Source: Tubiluchus corallicola
Taxonomy: Eukaryota > Animalia > Priapulida
Direction of reading: 5' to 3'
Assembly (NCBI GenBank): GCA_030141605.1
Contig: JAQGDQ010000669.1
Coordinates: 1 to 64,000, forward strand
Length of the DNA stretch: 64,000 nucleotides
Shown: piece by piece, positions 1 through 11,932 of the stretch
Position numbering within the stretch: the stretch's first letter is position 1
Layout: the number at the start of each line of letters is the position of its first letter
Made by a program: the position numbers and the translations under genes
Notes under the pieces: generated by a model
Told to the model about the DNA's origin: nothing
The model's database searches: none
The model's input: only the letters and a program-made list of their open reading frames with translations

Positions 1-1078
1 TGCTGTTGCTCAGATATTTTATGTACCAGTTTTTCTACGAATTTGTGGATCATCCCACAATGACTGTCTTACTTGCTGTGAATAATTATTGTCAACTAAT
101 AAGCTTTTTCACAGTTCATCATTGCTGATTGATGATTGTCGTGAAAAGGTCAGAGGTTAAGTGTGTCAGACAATGTGTACACTTGAGAACGCCTGTTAGC
201 CAATGCTATTGTAATAATAACAATTTTAATAGCTACCTAGTTCATTTTTCCTTGTTCCTAAGCAAAATCCTGCTAGGAAATCACTCTGCGCCCAGAGTAA
301 ATGAATAATTACGCAAAGTCCACGTAAAACAACTGAAGTTACTGAACTGATATGGCAGACGGCCTTGCTTTACCCACATGTCACGCAAGGGTTGTAGTTA
401 AGACGCGTTGTTGTGGTACACTTAACCTTTGACCTACAGCAACTGCGGCTGTGCACAACTAAACTGTAAAAAGGCGTATTAAGTCGCTACGTAGGTATAT
501 ATATTTAGTCAGGTGAAACGTCCCTGTTAGACGTGCTAGTTTGCGAGCTTGTATTCATTCCAAAACAGTTAGAAAAATACAGAATACGTCTACACACTTT
601 TCCAATCATTTTATATGGGCCATATTTCAATTTTGCAGCCAATTTAGAATAGTACATATGATCATGTTATAATTTTGCCTAATATTTCAGTTCAAAAGGC
701 ACTTGCTTACCGAAGCGACGAAGTCGAAGAATCATTGAATCACCACAAGATGGCTCTCTTACGCTTCCACTTGAAAGTGATTTGTTGGACAATATGTGAT
801 TTGATTGGGCATAAAATTGCTTTAAGGATTCCAAATACAACTTTGCCCACATTTTATTCTCCCCGTTTGCACCTGATTTACCAAGATAAAGATGGACCAC
901 TTCAAAGATATGATATGCATATTTTTGTATTCATTGTAAGGTGAACGCACAATTTTTGTTCCATTGTTTTCTACATGAATTTTGTGTGGCAGCCACTGCC
1001 ATTTTGTAAATGATGGAACACACTATTTACACAGTTATAATGTCACGTGGTATAAACAAAAACAGTGTCCATGCTTGC

Positions 1079-2118
1079 CAGTGGCGGCTCGTAGCTAAAA
1101 TTAGTGGGGGTGCTACTTCAGAAATTTTTTAGCCATTGTTTTAGTACTGTGTGAAATGAGACATTTGAATATCGGGTGTTGAACGGCCTCTTTTCTTCGC
1201 TGCAACTTTGTCCTGAAGAGACAACCGTAAAAACTCAAGCTGTTGATGTTCACTTACAGTCATAGAAGTTATTTCTTCGGCATGCGGGGAGGCCATGGTT
1301 GAATTATTTGAATGTTAAGCACAACACACGCTGAATCAAAATCTAATTCTACACTTTATCACATTCAAGAATATGCTTAGTACAACTGACAACAGACACT
1401 ACCTGAGTAACTGTGCTCTCTCTCTCTACCTAGAGTGCAGCGTCTTATCTCAGACATCTGCGCACGGTCGCATGCGCACAACAGCCAAACACCACACTGC
1501 TTGGGCTGTGAAGGAAATTGTACTACCCTCATGTACAGTTCCGTACAAGTATAAAGAAAGAACTCAAGACGAAAGACAAAATATTTTATTGAATATTTTC
1601 GATAATAATGAGTGAAAACAGGGGTGCTGTCGGAAAATCCGCTTTAAGCCAAGCCTGGCTTCTTTGGTGGCCTTACAATATTATTTAGTTTGTATGCTTC
1701 GTTCATGCGCGTGTAACTATGCGTTTAGTTAACCTTGCCTATAAAAAGGAAGTGTCACTGCTGATCGGTGACCACCTATCAGCACGTACCACAAAGGGTG
1801 GTCCCCTTTTTCTTGTATTTTATGTAGGCCTATATGTGAGATTAGTCATTTAAAGTGCTGTGAATTATATGATTATTTATGTTATGATTTGTATCTTAAT
1901 TTGAAATTAAAAGTGTAACAGTTAAATTTGAATTTTGCTAATAAAGTGTATTATTAGTGTGGCCACGATTTGTACAATTCCATCATGTGCTCTGGTTCCG
2001 TACAAGTGTAAAGAAAGAATTAAAGAAAAAAAGACTCGTTATATTGAACGTTACCGATAATATCGAATGAAAATAGGGGCGCTGCAGTTCGACATCACCT
2101 ATTCCCGACCTGCCACTA
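1079..2118. mobile_element. Non-autonomous hAT-type DNA transposon
   Basis: Termini CAGTGGCGG...CTGCCACTA, flanked by a perfect 8-bp TSD ATGCTTGC (1071-1078 and 2119-2126); internal duplication ~1530-1630/1980-2085; a shorter relative lies at 60353-60591. Confidence 0.85.
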
Positions 2119-2158
2119 ATGCTTGCTACAGGAATTAAGGTTTAATCTTATATGAATC

Positions 2159-2523
2159 TGTTGTGTTTTGTTTCTCTCGGAAGGCTCGTAGAGAAAACCA
2201 GAAAACACTTCGTCAAATTGAACTAGTTTATTAAGCGAGAATTCTACAACACAAAAGTATGAAGGAATGCAAAAATGGTTACAGTAAACGTGAAAATCTG
2301 GAAAACGTTTGAGTGCATCTGAAAATACAAGTATACAAGAGAATGTGTAAGTGGCGTCCGTGTGAATCAGAGAGTGTGTCTCTCAGCGGCCTGCTTCGCC
2401 TTATATAGCGCGCCCGAGAAGTTTCTAGAAGTTTTGTTCCAAAACGTTCTACACGATAAGACGATTATTCTAACGGAACATTCTACAATGTAATTGTAAT
2501 AGATGCCAGCGATCTCCACAACA
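2159..2523 (-). mobile_element. Solo LTR (family A)
   Basis: TGTTGTG...CACAACA inverted ends and 5-bp TSD GAATC (2154-2158, 2524-2528); TATA and AATAAA on the minus strand; homologous copies at ~19089 and ~34330. Confidence 0.85.
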
Positions 2524-2798
2524 GAATCCTAGATCTAGAATGTTAATCTTGGTCTAGACAAATTAATTTATTTAATTTATTATATTTGTGTCACGTAGTA
2601 AAACAGCAATGCACCAGTGATTCACATTAAAAACACATTATTAATCTTACTGATAATGTAATGTAATGTAATTATGTAATTTACACTTTTGCTTAGTTAG
2701 TGTGCGCTACGAATGCCTGGTAATTTTTTCAAAGTTTACACAATGTTATCTCTCAGGCTAGCACAGGTACAGTGAAGCCAGGTGTGTTGATTCTAGAG

Positions 2799-3306
2799 CA
2801 GGGGTGTGCAAATTGCGGCTCGCGGGCCACTTGCAGGCCGCCGAGAGAATTTGTGCGGCCCACGAAGAGATTTGTCAACCTAATGAAACTGGGGCTGGGG
2901 CGATTAATTGAGTGTATCCAGCTGAAGTCCGTGCCACGATCCCAAAGATAGTGCAGGTAGTTTTTTCTACTAGATCGGATGCCATTAACCCTTAGAAGAC
3001 GGCTGTAACTTAATAACACTGTACTACACAGACTGTGTGATGCACATTACTAATATGCATTGTACTGAAATTACCACTGTCTGTCCTGAAAGTAGAAATA
3101 TATGGTTTGTAATATAAATTTTAATAACTTCTAAAATAGTTTCTTGAGTGTAGTAGTGCAGTAGTAATGATGTATGCAGGTCGGATGCAAAAAAATCGTT
3201 ATTAGGCCTTTCTGTACTTGGTTCCTTGATCAAACTGCCTGTGGCCCACAGGAATTGCGGGAAAGTTTAATGTGGCCCGGCTAGTCAGATAATTTGCACA
3301 CCCCTG
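2799..3306. mobile_element. hAT (Charlie-like) MITE
   Basis: TIR CAGGGGTGTGCAAATT / AATTTGCACACCCCTG with perfect 8-bp TSD TTCTAGAG on both sides. Confidence 0.92.
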
Positions 3307-3914
3307 TTCTAGAGCGTAATTATTCATTTTTGCATTACCTGTAGAGTTTGTTTAACATGCGTGGCAACTCTTGTATGAGAGGTTAGATAACTTTAGAATA
3401 GGAAAAATTCTGTTTTAGTTGTATAGAGTCCAGTAGTTGTGTGGTCAGTTTGCCACAGTTGTAAAATCAGTATGTCTCTGTTGATTGCTGAAAACTGGCT
3501 TAAAGTTTTTTTTTCTACAGATCCTCAAGCGTTTGTAAGTTCATGTGTTTCTTCATTTTTATGCAGAGCTTTGCAGTAATTTATTTGTCAGCTTAATAGT
3601 TTCTGATAGTGTTACAGTGATGCCTAATTATTGATTTTTCCAACTGTTGCGTGTTTTTGTGTAGGCGTACATGTTGATTTGTGATATGTCAGGAAGTTTA
3701 TTTATTAGTAAATTCTGCTTGTTAGTTTGCTAATGCTTGTTCCTTTTTTATTTTTTGCACGTCTGTTATTGATTTATTTTTGTTTGATGTTCTTTTTTCT
3801 TATTTCTATTGCAGTTTCGCCTTTTTTACAATGAGTGGAAAATAAAATCTGTAAAACAAATAGCCAGTTTTCTAAATTATCTAAACTTGTGTTAAACGAC
3901 TAACCGTTCCGAAG

Positions 3915-4330
3915 TCGCCATTACATGACGTCATCCAACGCAAACGTAAATCAGGCGATGAAACGGATATGTTAAATTATTTTCCAAAATACTTTCCATG
4001 CAAAGTTTTATTACTTAGCTTTCGCTTACCTGCTAAAAAGACTTATGTAACTAAAAAAGAAAATTATTAATTATTTAAAATGTTTTCACCAATTGGTAAA
4101 ATGTCGCTGACTCACCCTCCAGGGTGCATCACTCACTAACCAAAAAAACGTATTTTTAATCTTATTGACAAGATACAGTAATTTAAAATTTTACTTAGTG
4201 GCGTGAATGCTCTGATTATTTTTTCAAACTACACGCAATGTTATCTGAACTTGTTTCAAATGACCTGTCGTCAAAATGGTCATCCCGGAAATATATATTT
4301 ACAAATTTTATATAATGTTACTGGTAACAT
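3915..4330 (+). mobile_element. Internal fragment of the TTAA-flanked (Kolobok-like) MITE family K1
   Basis: Clear similarity to 20540-20950 (gccattacatgacgtca...gactcaccctccagg...aatgctctgattatttttt); boundaries approximate. Confidence 0.75.
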
Positions 4331-4396
4331 AGAACCCAATTCATTTTTTGCTATATCCATTATGCAACAGTTGCATTATTTATAGCTTTGTTGTTG

Positions 4397-4412
4397 CCAC
4401 TAGATGGCAGTG
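4397..4412 (+). promoter_or_regulatory. Candidate CTCF-binding motif
   Basis: CCACTAGATGGCAGTG matches the CTCF core CCASYAGRKGGCRS; motif match only. Confidence 0.4.
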
Positions 4413-4606
4413 CTGCTGCCTTCAGGATGTTAAAGAACGCAAGTTAAAGTACAGTTATAACAGCACTTACTGATTCACTAGCAATTTTTAAGGATCAGTG
4501 TGATCAACACATTCCTATAGTATATTATGCAAAACACTTGTGCCAGCTATTGACTAAAAATGAAAATAATTGGTATATATCTCACTGAGAATTACAATTA
4601 TCCATT

Positions 4607-4810
4607 ATGCAAGTAGACATGCAAAAGGTGCAAATAGGCAGACAGTTTTCAGTGAGAACAGACCATGCTTCCCTCACGTACTTACACAAAATGGCCAACC
4701 AAAACAGGAGAATAGCAAGATGGAATTTGCTGCTCCAAAACTATAGTTTTGATGTTATTTATCGCCCGGGAAAACAAAACCGCCCAGCTGATGCACTATC
4801 ACGCATATAG
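4607..4810 (+). pseudogene. Ty3/Gypsy pol RNase H C-terminal fragment
   Basis: FSVRTDHASLTYL...RIARWNLLLQNYSFDVIYRPGKQNRPADALSR is the canonical Gypsy RNase H end; isolated fragment. Confidence 0.9.
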
Positions 4811-5018
4811 ATCAACTTGGTCTTTGAGATTCAATCTGCCAAACGTGCAGAAGTGATTTTTCTCAGTATGGCTCTGTTGAGGGTGCACTTACACGTAAAA
4901 TATGTTGCACCGCAATGCATTTGCACCCACTAGCACCATTTTTTTAAATACATGCCCATATACTTGGAGTATCTTTTGAGTATCTGATGCTAGTTACACT
5001 GTCATGCAGATACTCTCT

Positions 5019-5357
5019 TAGGGGGGGGGGGGCAAATGTTATGAACAGTTTACTATAGCTGAATGTTTAGCTAGTATTATGAATAGGTACTGCGGGATGG
5101 GAAAGCCACACACCTGTCCTTCAACAAGTGCATAAGTTGGAAATCAGGTTGTCGTCCTAGTTTTATTTCGACGGCTTCAGTCTTCACGTTTTCTAGCTAT
5201 GAAGTAAAGACGTTTGCTCTGTACGTGCTACCTGCGGACTATGTAATTTGCTGCAGTTTGGCATTTAGCATTTTTAGAACTGTGATTACAGTTAAAGGAC
5301 AGCAACGTTTTCGAGCAGCTTAGACACGTTGTGATACATTTTGTGCATCGGAGTTTT
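5019..5357 (+). mobile_element. Polypurine tract plus truncated 3' LTR (family B) of the Gypsy remnant
   Basis: G-run PPT at ~5020-5032, then TGTTATGAAC at 5037; near-identical to 14547-14877; cut off before a (TA)n tract. Confidence 0.8.
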
Positions 5358-5375
5358 CAATATATTAATATTCTT

Positions 5376-5432
<57 letters not shown>

Positions 5433-5517
5433 TATATATAAATCGTATCTATTTAATCCTATGATACTTTTGATACTGATCTAATGCACCAGTTATCACT
5501 TATTAATTATTATATCT

Positions 5518-6762
5518 TGTGATCGTATAGCATTTATATATTGATTTGAAATTGATTCGCTTCCTATCTTAATTAATCGCTACAAGGTGTTTTATCACCC
5601 GGCTCCTAGGGCTTAAGATTAGTCTATCGGGCGATAATCTAGTCCCTCTAGACTGACTCTATGACTTCGCACTGTGAGAAAAGTCTTTGTCCCTAAAGCT
5701 TTCTAGCTTAGCTCCCGCAATTGAGCTTATTAAATTAATTAATGATTAATACAATGCGAATCTACAGGTTCGTTATCGAATCTAGTGTTGCTTAACTTTA
5801 AACACCTATAAGTATACATACATGAACTGCCTAATTTAAGTCAAAGTGAATAACTTTTATTAGTTTACAACAATTTGTTCTTAGACGCTGGTTGGCGTTC
5901 ACAAATAATGTTTTAGCTCCAAGAGATACACAAGTAATTCACTTATCAATTTTCCGTAAGTTGCACTTAAGGTGCTAAATACAATGTGAAGTATACACTT
6001 TACAATTAATCCGTATGCTACACTTAACGTGTCTACTACAATGTGAACTACTACTATGCAGAGTTACTCTCAAGTTACTAATGCGTTAAGATTACTTAAC
6101 TCGGTGGAATGACCAATGCAACTCCCGTACACTTGGTCAAATCCAATGCTTCTGTAAGACAGTTCGTAGATCCAGTGCTCAGACGTTTAGCTGAGGACGT
6201 AGAACGATGGTCCACGCTGGTTCGAAACAAAGTCTATACACTTTGTCAGATTTCCTGTCGCCTCTCTCTGGCTCCTCTCTCTCTGATCTTGGCTCTCTGC
6301 TCGCACACGACTAACTAACCACCACGTGTTTTCAAACACGGGCTTATAACTCCAAGTTCCGCTTTGCGTAATATTGCGCTCAAACGCAATATGGTGCAAT
6401 AGGTTAAAGGTGACATCCTTGGCTTTACCCTGCCAAGAAGTTTATGACCATCCAGGTGGTTCAAGAATTCTTTCTCCTGCGTGGGAAGTTAGCTGCACGC
6501 CAGGTCTGTCTTTCAGAATTCCTTGCTCCCAAAGTCTCCTCGTAGCTTGGCGTTGGCCATAAAGCTTTCTTTCCAAAGAAGTTTGGCTTCTCGCGACTTC
6601 TTAATAATTACGTGTAACTCTGCATATGTTATATAGACGTTTATCTACGCTTGCATAAGGTTATAAAACAAGATTACGCTTTCTCTTAATGAACACCTGT
6701 TTACCTTCAGTAAACACCCTCATTAATCATGTTGAAATAATAATGGAAGACTTCATGTCACG
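5518..6762. mobile_element. Unclassified LTR-like segment
   Basis: Non-coding; TGTGA start and TCACG end; several minus-strand polyA-like motifs; no TSD found. Confidence 0.25.
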
Positions 6763-6949
6763 ATATGATATAAGACGAGGAAAGTAAAAAGTTGCAAACG
6801 GAACAGCAGAAGATGAAGGAACGGAAAATAGAAAGGGACAAGAAACCTAATGAAAAGATGAGGAGGAAAAGCTAAGTTAGCAAAAGAAGAAAAACAAAAA
6901 ACTTAGAAACAGAAAGAAGAATGGCAACTGCAATAAGAAAAAGAAGCAG

Positions 6950-8840
6950 GAGCACAACAGCAACAGCAACAACAACAACAACAGCAATGGCAATGACGAC
7001 AACACGATGATGATGACAACAACGACAACAACAACAATGACAACAGCAGCAACAACAAAAACAACAACAACACCAACAACAACAACAGCAACAACAACAA
7101 CAACAAAAATAACAAAACCAACAATAACAGTGACGATGACAACAACGACGACAACAACAACAACAACGACAAAGACAAAGACAATGACCATGACAGCAGC
7201 AACAATTCCAACATCAGCAACGAAAACAATATCAACGACAAACAAACAACAAATAACAACAATAACTAGAACCTCATTCATACCTATCGCCGTCGTCGTC
7301 GTCATAGTCATCGTCATCATCATCATTGTTGTCGTCCTCACGTCTTCCTCCTCCTCTTCCTCCTCCTTCACATCATCTTCATCATCATCGCCATCACAAT
7401 CATCATCTTCATTATCACAATCACCAAAACTACCATCACCATCATCATCATCATCATTACCATTGCCACCATCATCATCACCACCACCACTACCACCACC
7501 ATCATTGTTCTCATCCTTACCATCACCACCATCATCATCACCACCACCAATACTACCACAATCATCAACGCCATCATCACCATCACCACCACCACTACCA
7601 CCACCATCATTGTCCTCACCATTACCATCACCACCATCAGTATCACCACCACCACTGCCACCATAACCATCATTATCATCATCATTGTCATCACCTTTTT
7701 CATTATCATCGTTATCGTCGTCATCATCGTCATCTCTGTCACTACCACTGCCACAATTAATTTGGTAATGACTACATTTTTCATGATTACACACCACCAA
7801 ATGTGTTAATTAACATTTTCATTTCTAGAATGCTGCATGGCATAAAACTACGTACCTGCTTAACACTGTAGTTGTCTCTACCGTTCCACTATCAACTTTT
7901 ATGTTTTGAAACAAATTTGGTTTGCTTGCAACATGAACGCTATTTTACATTACAAACAACAACAATAACAGCAGCAACAGCAACAACGACGATGACAACA
8001 ACAACCAGCACATCAACGTCATCGGCAATGACAACTACAATGGCGGTGACGGTGACGGTGGCGACAGTGACGACGATGAGAAAAACAAAAAGAGCGATGA
8101 GTACAATGACAATGAAGTCTCTGGTAAGCAGTTCGAAAAACAGGATTGCACTTGTAACTTAAATGCTCAGCTAACATGACATTTTCTTTATAATATTTTG
8201 AGATGACAGTAAAACAAGCCAACATGCTAAGTGACTTGCGTTTCCTTTAGTTCGTGTATTAACAAAATTATAAATTACCAGCTTTCAATTTCAAATTGTT
8301 ATGTTGGTAGAGCGTTGTAATTTATGTATACTCATTTCAGTACCTAAACCAACAACGTATCTCCTGCAGTAAAAGAATTAAAAGCAGTGAAAAGGCTTTT
8401 GCTACAGTCAGCTTTGAACCAAAACTCCTTAAACGGTAAGGGGAGATGTTTCCCCTACACTAACGAATCATACATGTGCAACAAAATTCAACTTGTGACG
8501 AATTACATGGCAAAATGAATCAGTATCTGCCTTAACTGGCTTCATACTCTGCCTGGAACTATTTTATTGTTCACAGTAGTAGACAATTAAGTCATGTAAA
8601 CTTTAAAAACACGTGCAATTGTAACAAAAACTAGATGTCCTAAAATTTTTATATTTTATGCATGAAGTAAAATAATAGCTGTTCATGATAAAAGAAAGTC
8701 TGTTTATGATAGTGGCTATAGCTGCTTGCTGTTGTTTATTGTGTTGGTGGTTGTGCTCGTGAAGATTGCGTGCGGAACAGCCACAACGGGCATGGCAAAC
8801 TATCAAGATCTTGTTTAGCAAACTGCACGTTTATTTAACA
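6950..8840 (+). repeat. Recent duplicate of the 3' part of the LRR gene (Thr stalk, TM-like segment, Ser/Pro tail, downstream region)
   Basis: 7770-8840 is nearly identical to 12213-13276; 7100-7770 aligns with 11690-12210 apart from repeat-length differences; ORF 7007-7666 is Thr-rich, then IAVVVVIVIVIIIIVVVL, then Ser/Pro-rich. Confidence 0.9.
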
Positions 8841-8900
8841 TTGTTGTTGTTGTTGTGGTTGTGGTTGTGGTTGTTATTGTTGTTGTTGTCGTTATTGTCG

Positions 8901-8935
<35 letters not shown>

Positions 8936-9155
8936 GATATTGTTGTTGTTTTTGTTGTTGTTGTTGATGTTGTCGTGGTCATTGTTGGTGTTGTTGTTGT
9001 TGTTGTCGTCATCGTCGTTGTTGCACAAACAATATCTTTAAGTGTAGCACACCATTTGGCTTCAGGGTACCTGCAGTCAGCGCAACTTTCACTATTGTTC
9101 GACCATGGTGGTAACATAATCCAAGTAAAGTTGCAGTCGCATCTCATTTGTTCAC
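8815..9155 (-). pseudogene. Inverted orphan paralog of LRR gene exon 2 (LRRCT-like Cys cap + Thr stalk)
   Basis: Same acceptor as 11409-11432 (tttaatatgttttttaacttctag|gtgaa); GEQMRCDCNFTWIMLPPWSNNSESCADCRYPEAKWCATLKDIVC-TTT... vs GEKMRCNCNLVWIMLPPWTDATVCVDCIYPKNEYCAKLKHFDC; no exon 1 found upstream on the minus strand. Confidence 0.8.
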
Positions 9156-10369
9156 CTAGAAGTTAAAAAACATATTAAACTCAAACAAGGAGATCAAATT
9201 TTATGTGCGAAAAATCCACAAAATGTGCACCTGTAGACTGAAAACCAAAATATTTGTTCCAAGAAGGTAGAATTTTTTACAATTGTGTTACGTGATACAA
9301 CAGGACAGCAGTTTGCTATTCGACCAAGTGGTAATTCTAGGACAGCTCTGTTCGGCAGCTCTGCGTTGGTCTAGAGGTACGTCATTATCATCATTAGTCA
9401 AACCCGGCAAAGGGTTATTTCTAGTCTCTGTTTTAGACAAACATCACTGCTTGAGTGCACGATGTGTGCTGGCCATTACAAGAACTTAATGTATCAAATA
9501 AACTACAAGAAGCCATGAGCTTATATTCCTGGACAGCTGGCCACTATTGTGCAGATATCTGTTGCAACATGCTTTCCACTCGTTGAACTCACCTGCGGTA
9601 GACTGGGTGTCGTAAATACGTTGCCGCCAAGCTATTAAAAGGGAAACAGCAAATTCCAACAGCTAAAATTATCGTAAAAAATTGTAATATAATTTAAATT
9701 TGAAATAGCTTGGTCTCCGTCTCGAGAAATAAAAATATTTGGCTTCCGTAAGTTATAAGATTTCTTTTGCAAAGGTAAATAATTATTGGTGAAGTTAGTG
9801 AGGATTTATCAGTAATGAGACACAGTGCCTTTGACCTAACTGGTAACTAGAACAATCGATTCCTTGTTCATACGATATTAACATACTAAGTTACATACAA
9901 TAACTGAAGTTGAAAAATAGTGAGCTTGCAGAGTACAAAAAGCAGTTATGGCTACTAGTTTTTGTTTAAATATTGGAAATGTTAGACTTGCAAAATGTTA
10001 TTCACTTAGTTCACAACTTCTTCACTTTTACCTTTTCCATTTTACGTGTGCCATTTTATCTGCATTCTTATGCAAATGCCAGTACACTGATCTAAATATA
10101 CGTCATAATAATAATAATAATAATATACGTCATCACAATTATTATAGAACGCATTCTTTACGCTTTTAGATTTGGAATCAATATACAACATTTGAATAGA
10201 TACTGTGAACTTGCGCTAAAATTTAAAGCATTATATTGTTAAAAGCTGCCAAATGTATTGGAAGAAAGGAAGAAATCCTTCATGGAAGAAAGCAAATATT
10301 GATCTTTAGAGTATTGTTTACAAACGTCACAGATTATTTAAACAAATTTTGGAAATTTGCTGAAGCAGG

Positions 10370-10955
10370 ATGATGGTGTGGATGTTTACCACGTATTTCT
10401 CGGCTCTTGTAGCTGCTTCCCTGTCAAATGATTATTGCAACAAAACAATTCAGGGCTGCACATTTTGGAGAGATCCGAGAGATAAAGATTTTTGCTTAGT
10501 AGACTGCACTCGAATAGCTACAAAACTTAAACTTGCAAACATAGATAAAAATTTGGGAAGTCTAGATGATGGGAAATATAAAATTTCAATATTGCACTAC
10601 CAAGGAACTGAGTTGCCTGACAATTTTTTTCAGGGAAAGGATTCGCCAAACAGCATCTTGCTCATAAAAAATGGCAGTTTAACAAGTTTAGGAAAAGATT
10701 CTATACATGGTCGTTTAAATGAGGTGGAAATTGATTCAACGAGGCTTTCTCACATACATCCAGAAGCCTTAAAAAGTACAAATGTCAAATACATTTTCTT
10801 CCAAAGAAATAAAGACCTGACTGGAACCATGAAGTTTGATTTATCTGAAAATCCGTACTTCTTCCAATTGTACTTTCTTAATAACAATATTGAAGGATTC
10901 AAGCCTCTTAAACTTCACAATAGCATTCTACATAAAAATGTGACGATTAAGCTAG
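10370..10955 (+). CDS. LRR-containing cell-surface protein, exon 1 (signal peptide, Cys-rich N-cap, degenerate LRRs)
   Basis: MMVWMFTTYFSALVAASLS signal-like segment; C..C..CLVDC cap; LRR-like units (TELPDNFF, SLTSLGKDSI, RLSHIHPEAL, LYFLNNNIEG); phase-1 donor G|GTAAGT at 10955/10956. Confidence 0.8.
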
Positions 10956-11432
10956 GTAAGTTAACGACAGGTTTTCAGTTTAACGACATAACGATAGCAT
11001 AACAGTGAGTTTTCAAAAATAATTTAATACAAAACGGCATTATTATTTTTCAAGGACTATTATAATTTTAAGCTGGTATTTATGATTTAACATTCGGAAT
11101 TTCATGCAGCTGCTGTCATTACACAGCCAAGATGAAAATTTGATGGAAAAAATTTGGCTTCCACCAAAGAAATATCGTATAAAGCAGTATTTTCCTAAAC
11201 CTGGTAACTCTTTATAAGCTATAGGAGGCATCACTAAACACATTTAAAATTAAATTGTGCAAGAAACGTACATAAGTGAAGCTTTAGCTGAAAGTGATAA
11301 TGTATACTCTTGCCAGTCTACTTGAGGAGTTGATATAAACTTGAAACTGTATTTCTCTGATTAAGTGACGTCTATCATAGCTGACTACCAGTTTAATGTA
11401 ATTTTGACTTTAATATGTTTTTTAACTTCTAG

Positions 11433-11932
11433 GTGAAAAAATGAGATGCAACTGCAACTTAGTTTGGATTATGTTACCCCCATGGACGGATGCCACAGTT
11501 TGCGTTGACTGCATATATCCTAAAAATGAATATTGTGCTAAACTCAAACATTTTGACTGTAAAAGCTGTAACTGTCGCACAACAACGACAACAACGACAA
11601 CAACGACAACAACTTCAACGACAACAACTTTAACAAAAAAAAAACAACATCGACAATGTCAACTAACAACGCCAAATAAAACAGTAATGACGACAACAAC
11701 GACGACAACAACGACGACAACAACAATGATAACAACAATGACAAAGACAAAGACAGCGACCATGACAGCAACAATAATTCCAATTAAAACAATGACTAAA
11801 ACCACATTCATGCCTATCATTGTCATCGTCGTCGTCATAGTCATCGTCATCATCATCATCGCCGTCGTCCGCACCTATTCCTCATCTTCATCTTCATTAT
11901 CACAATCACCAACACTACCCTCACCATCATAA
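11433..11932 (+). CDS. LRR-containing cell-surface protein, exon 2 (LRRCT-like cap, Thr-rich stalk, predicted TM, short tail); spliced product ~361 aa
   Basis: Phase-1 acceptor ttctag|GT gives in-frame KLGEKMRCNCNLVW (CxCxLxW LRRCT motif), then poly-Thr, FMPIIVIVVVIVIVIIIIAVV and stop TAA at 11930-11932; the 3' part is low-complexity and less certain. Confidence 0.7.

Noticed and set aside
675-944. Possible terminal exon of an upstream gene
   Set aside because: An acceptor-like ttcag is present, but no frame gives a recognisable protein motif
7326-7760. His-rich ORF suggesting a metal-binding protein
   Set aside because: Alternate frame of the same trinucleotide repeats
6877-7800. 307-aa minus-strand Asp/Gly-rich ORF (and 11875-12243) resembling an acidic biomineralisation protein
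   Set aside because: It is the antisense reading of (CAT/CAC/CAA)n repeats, has no ATG-led signal peptide, and the frame is not maintained in the second copy
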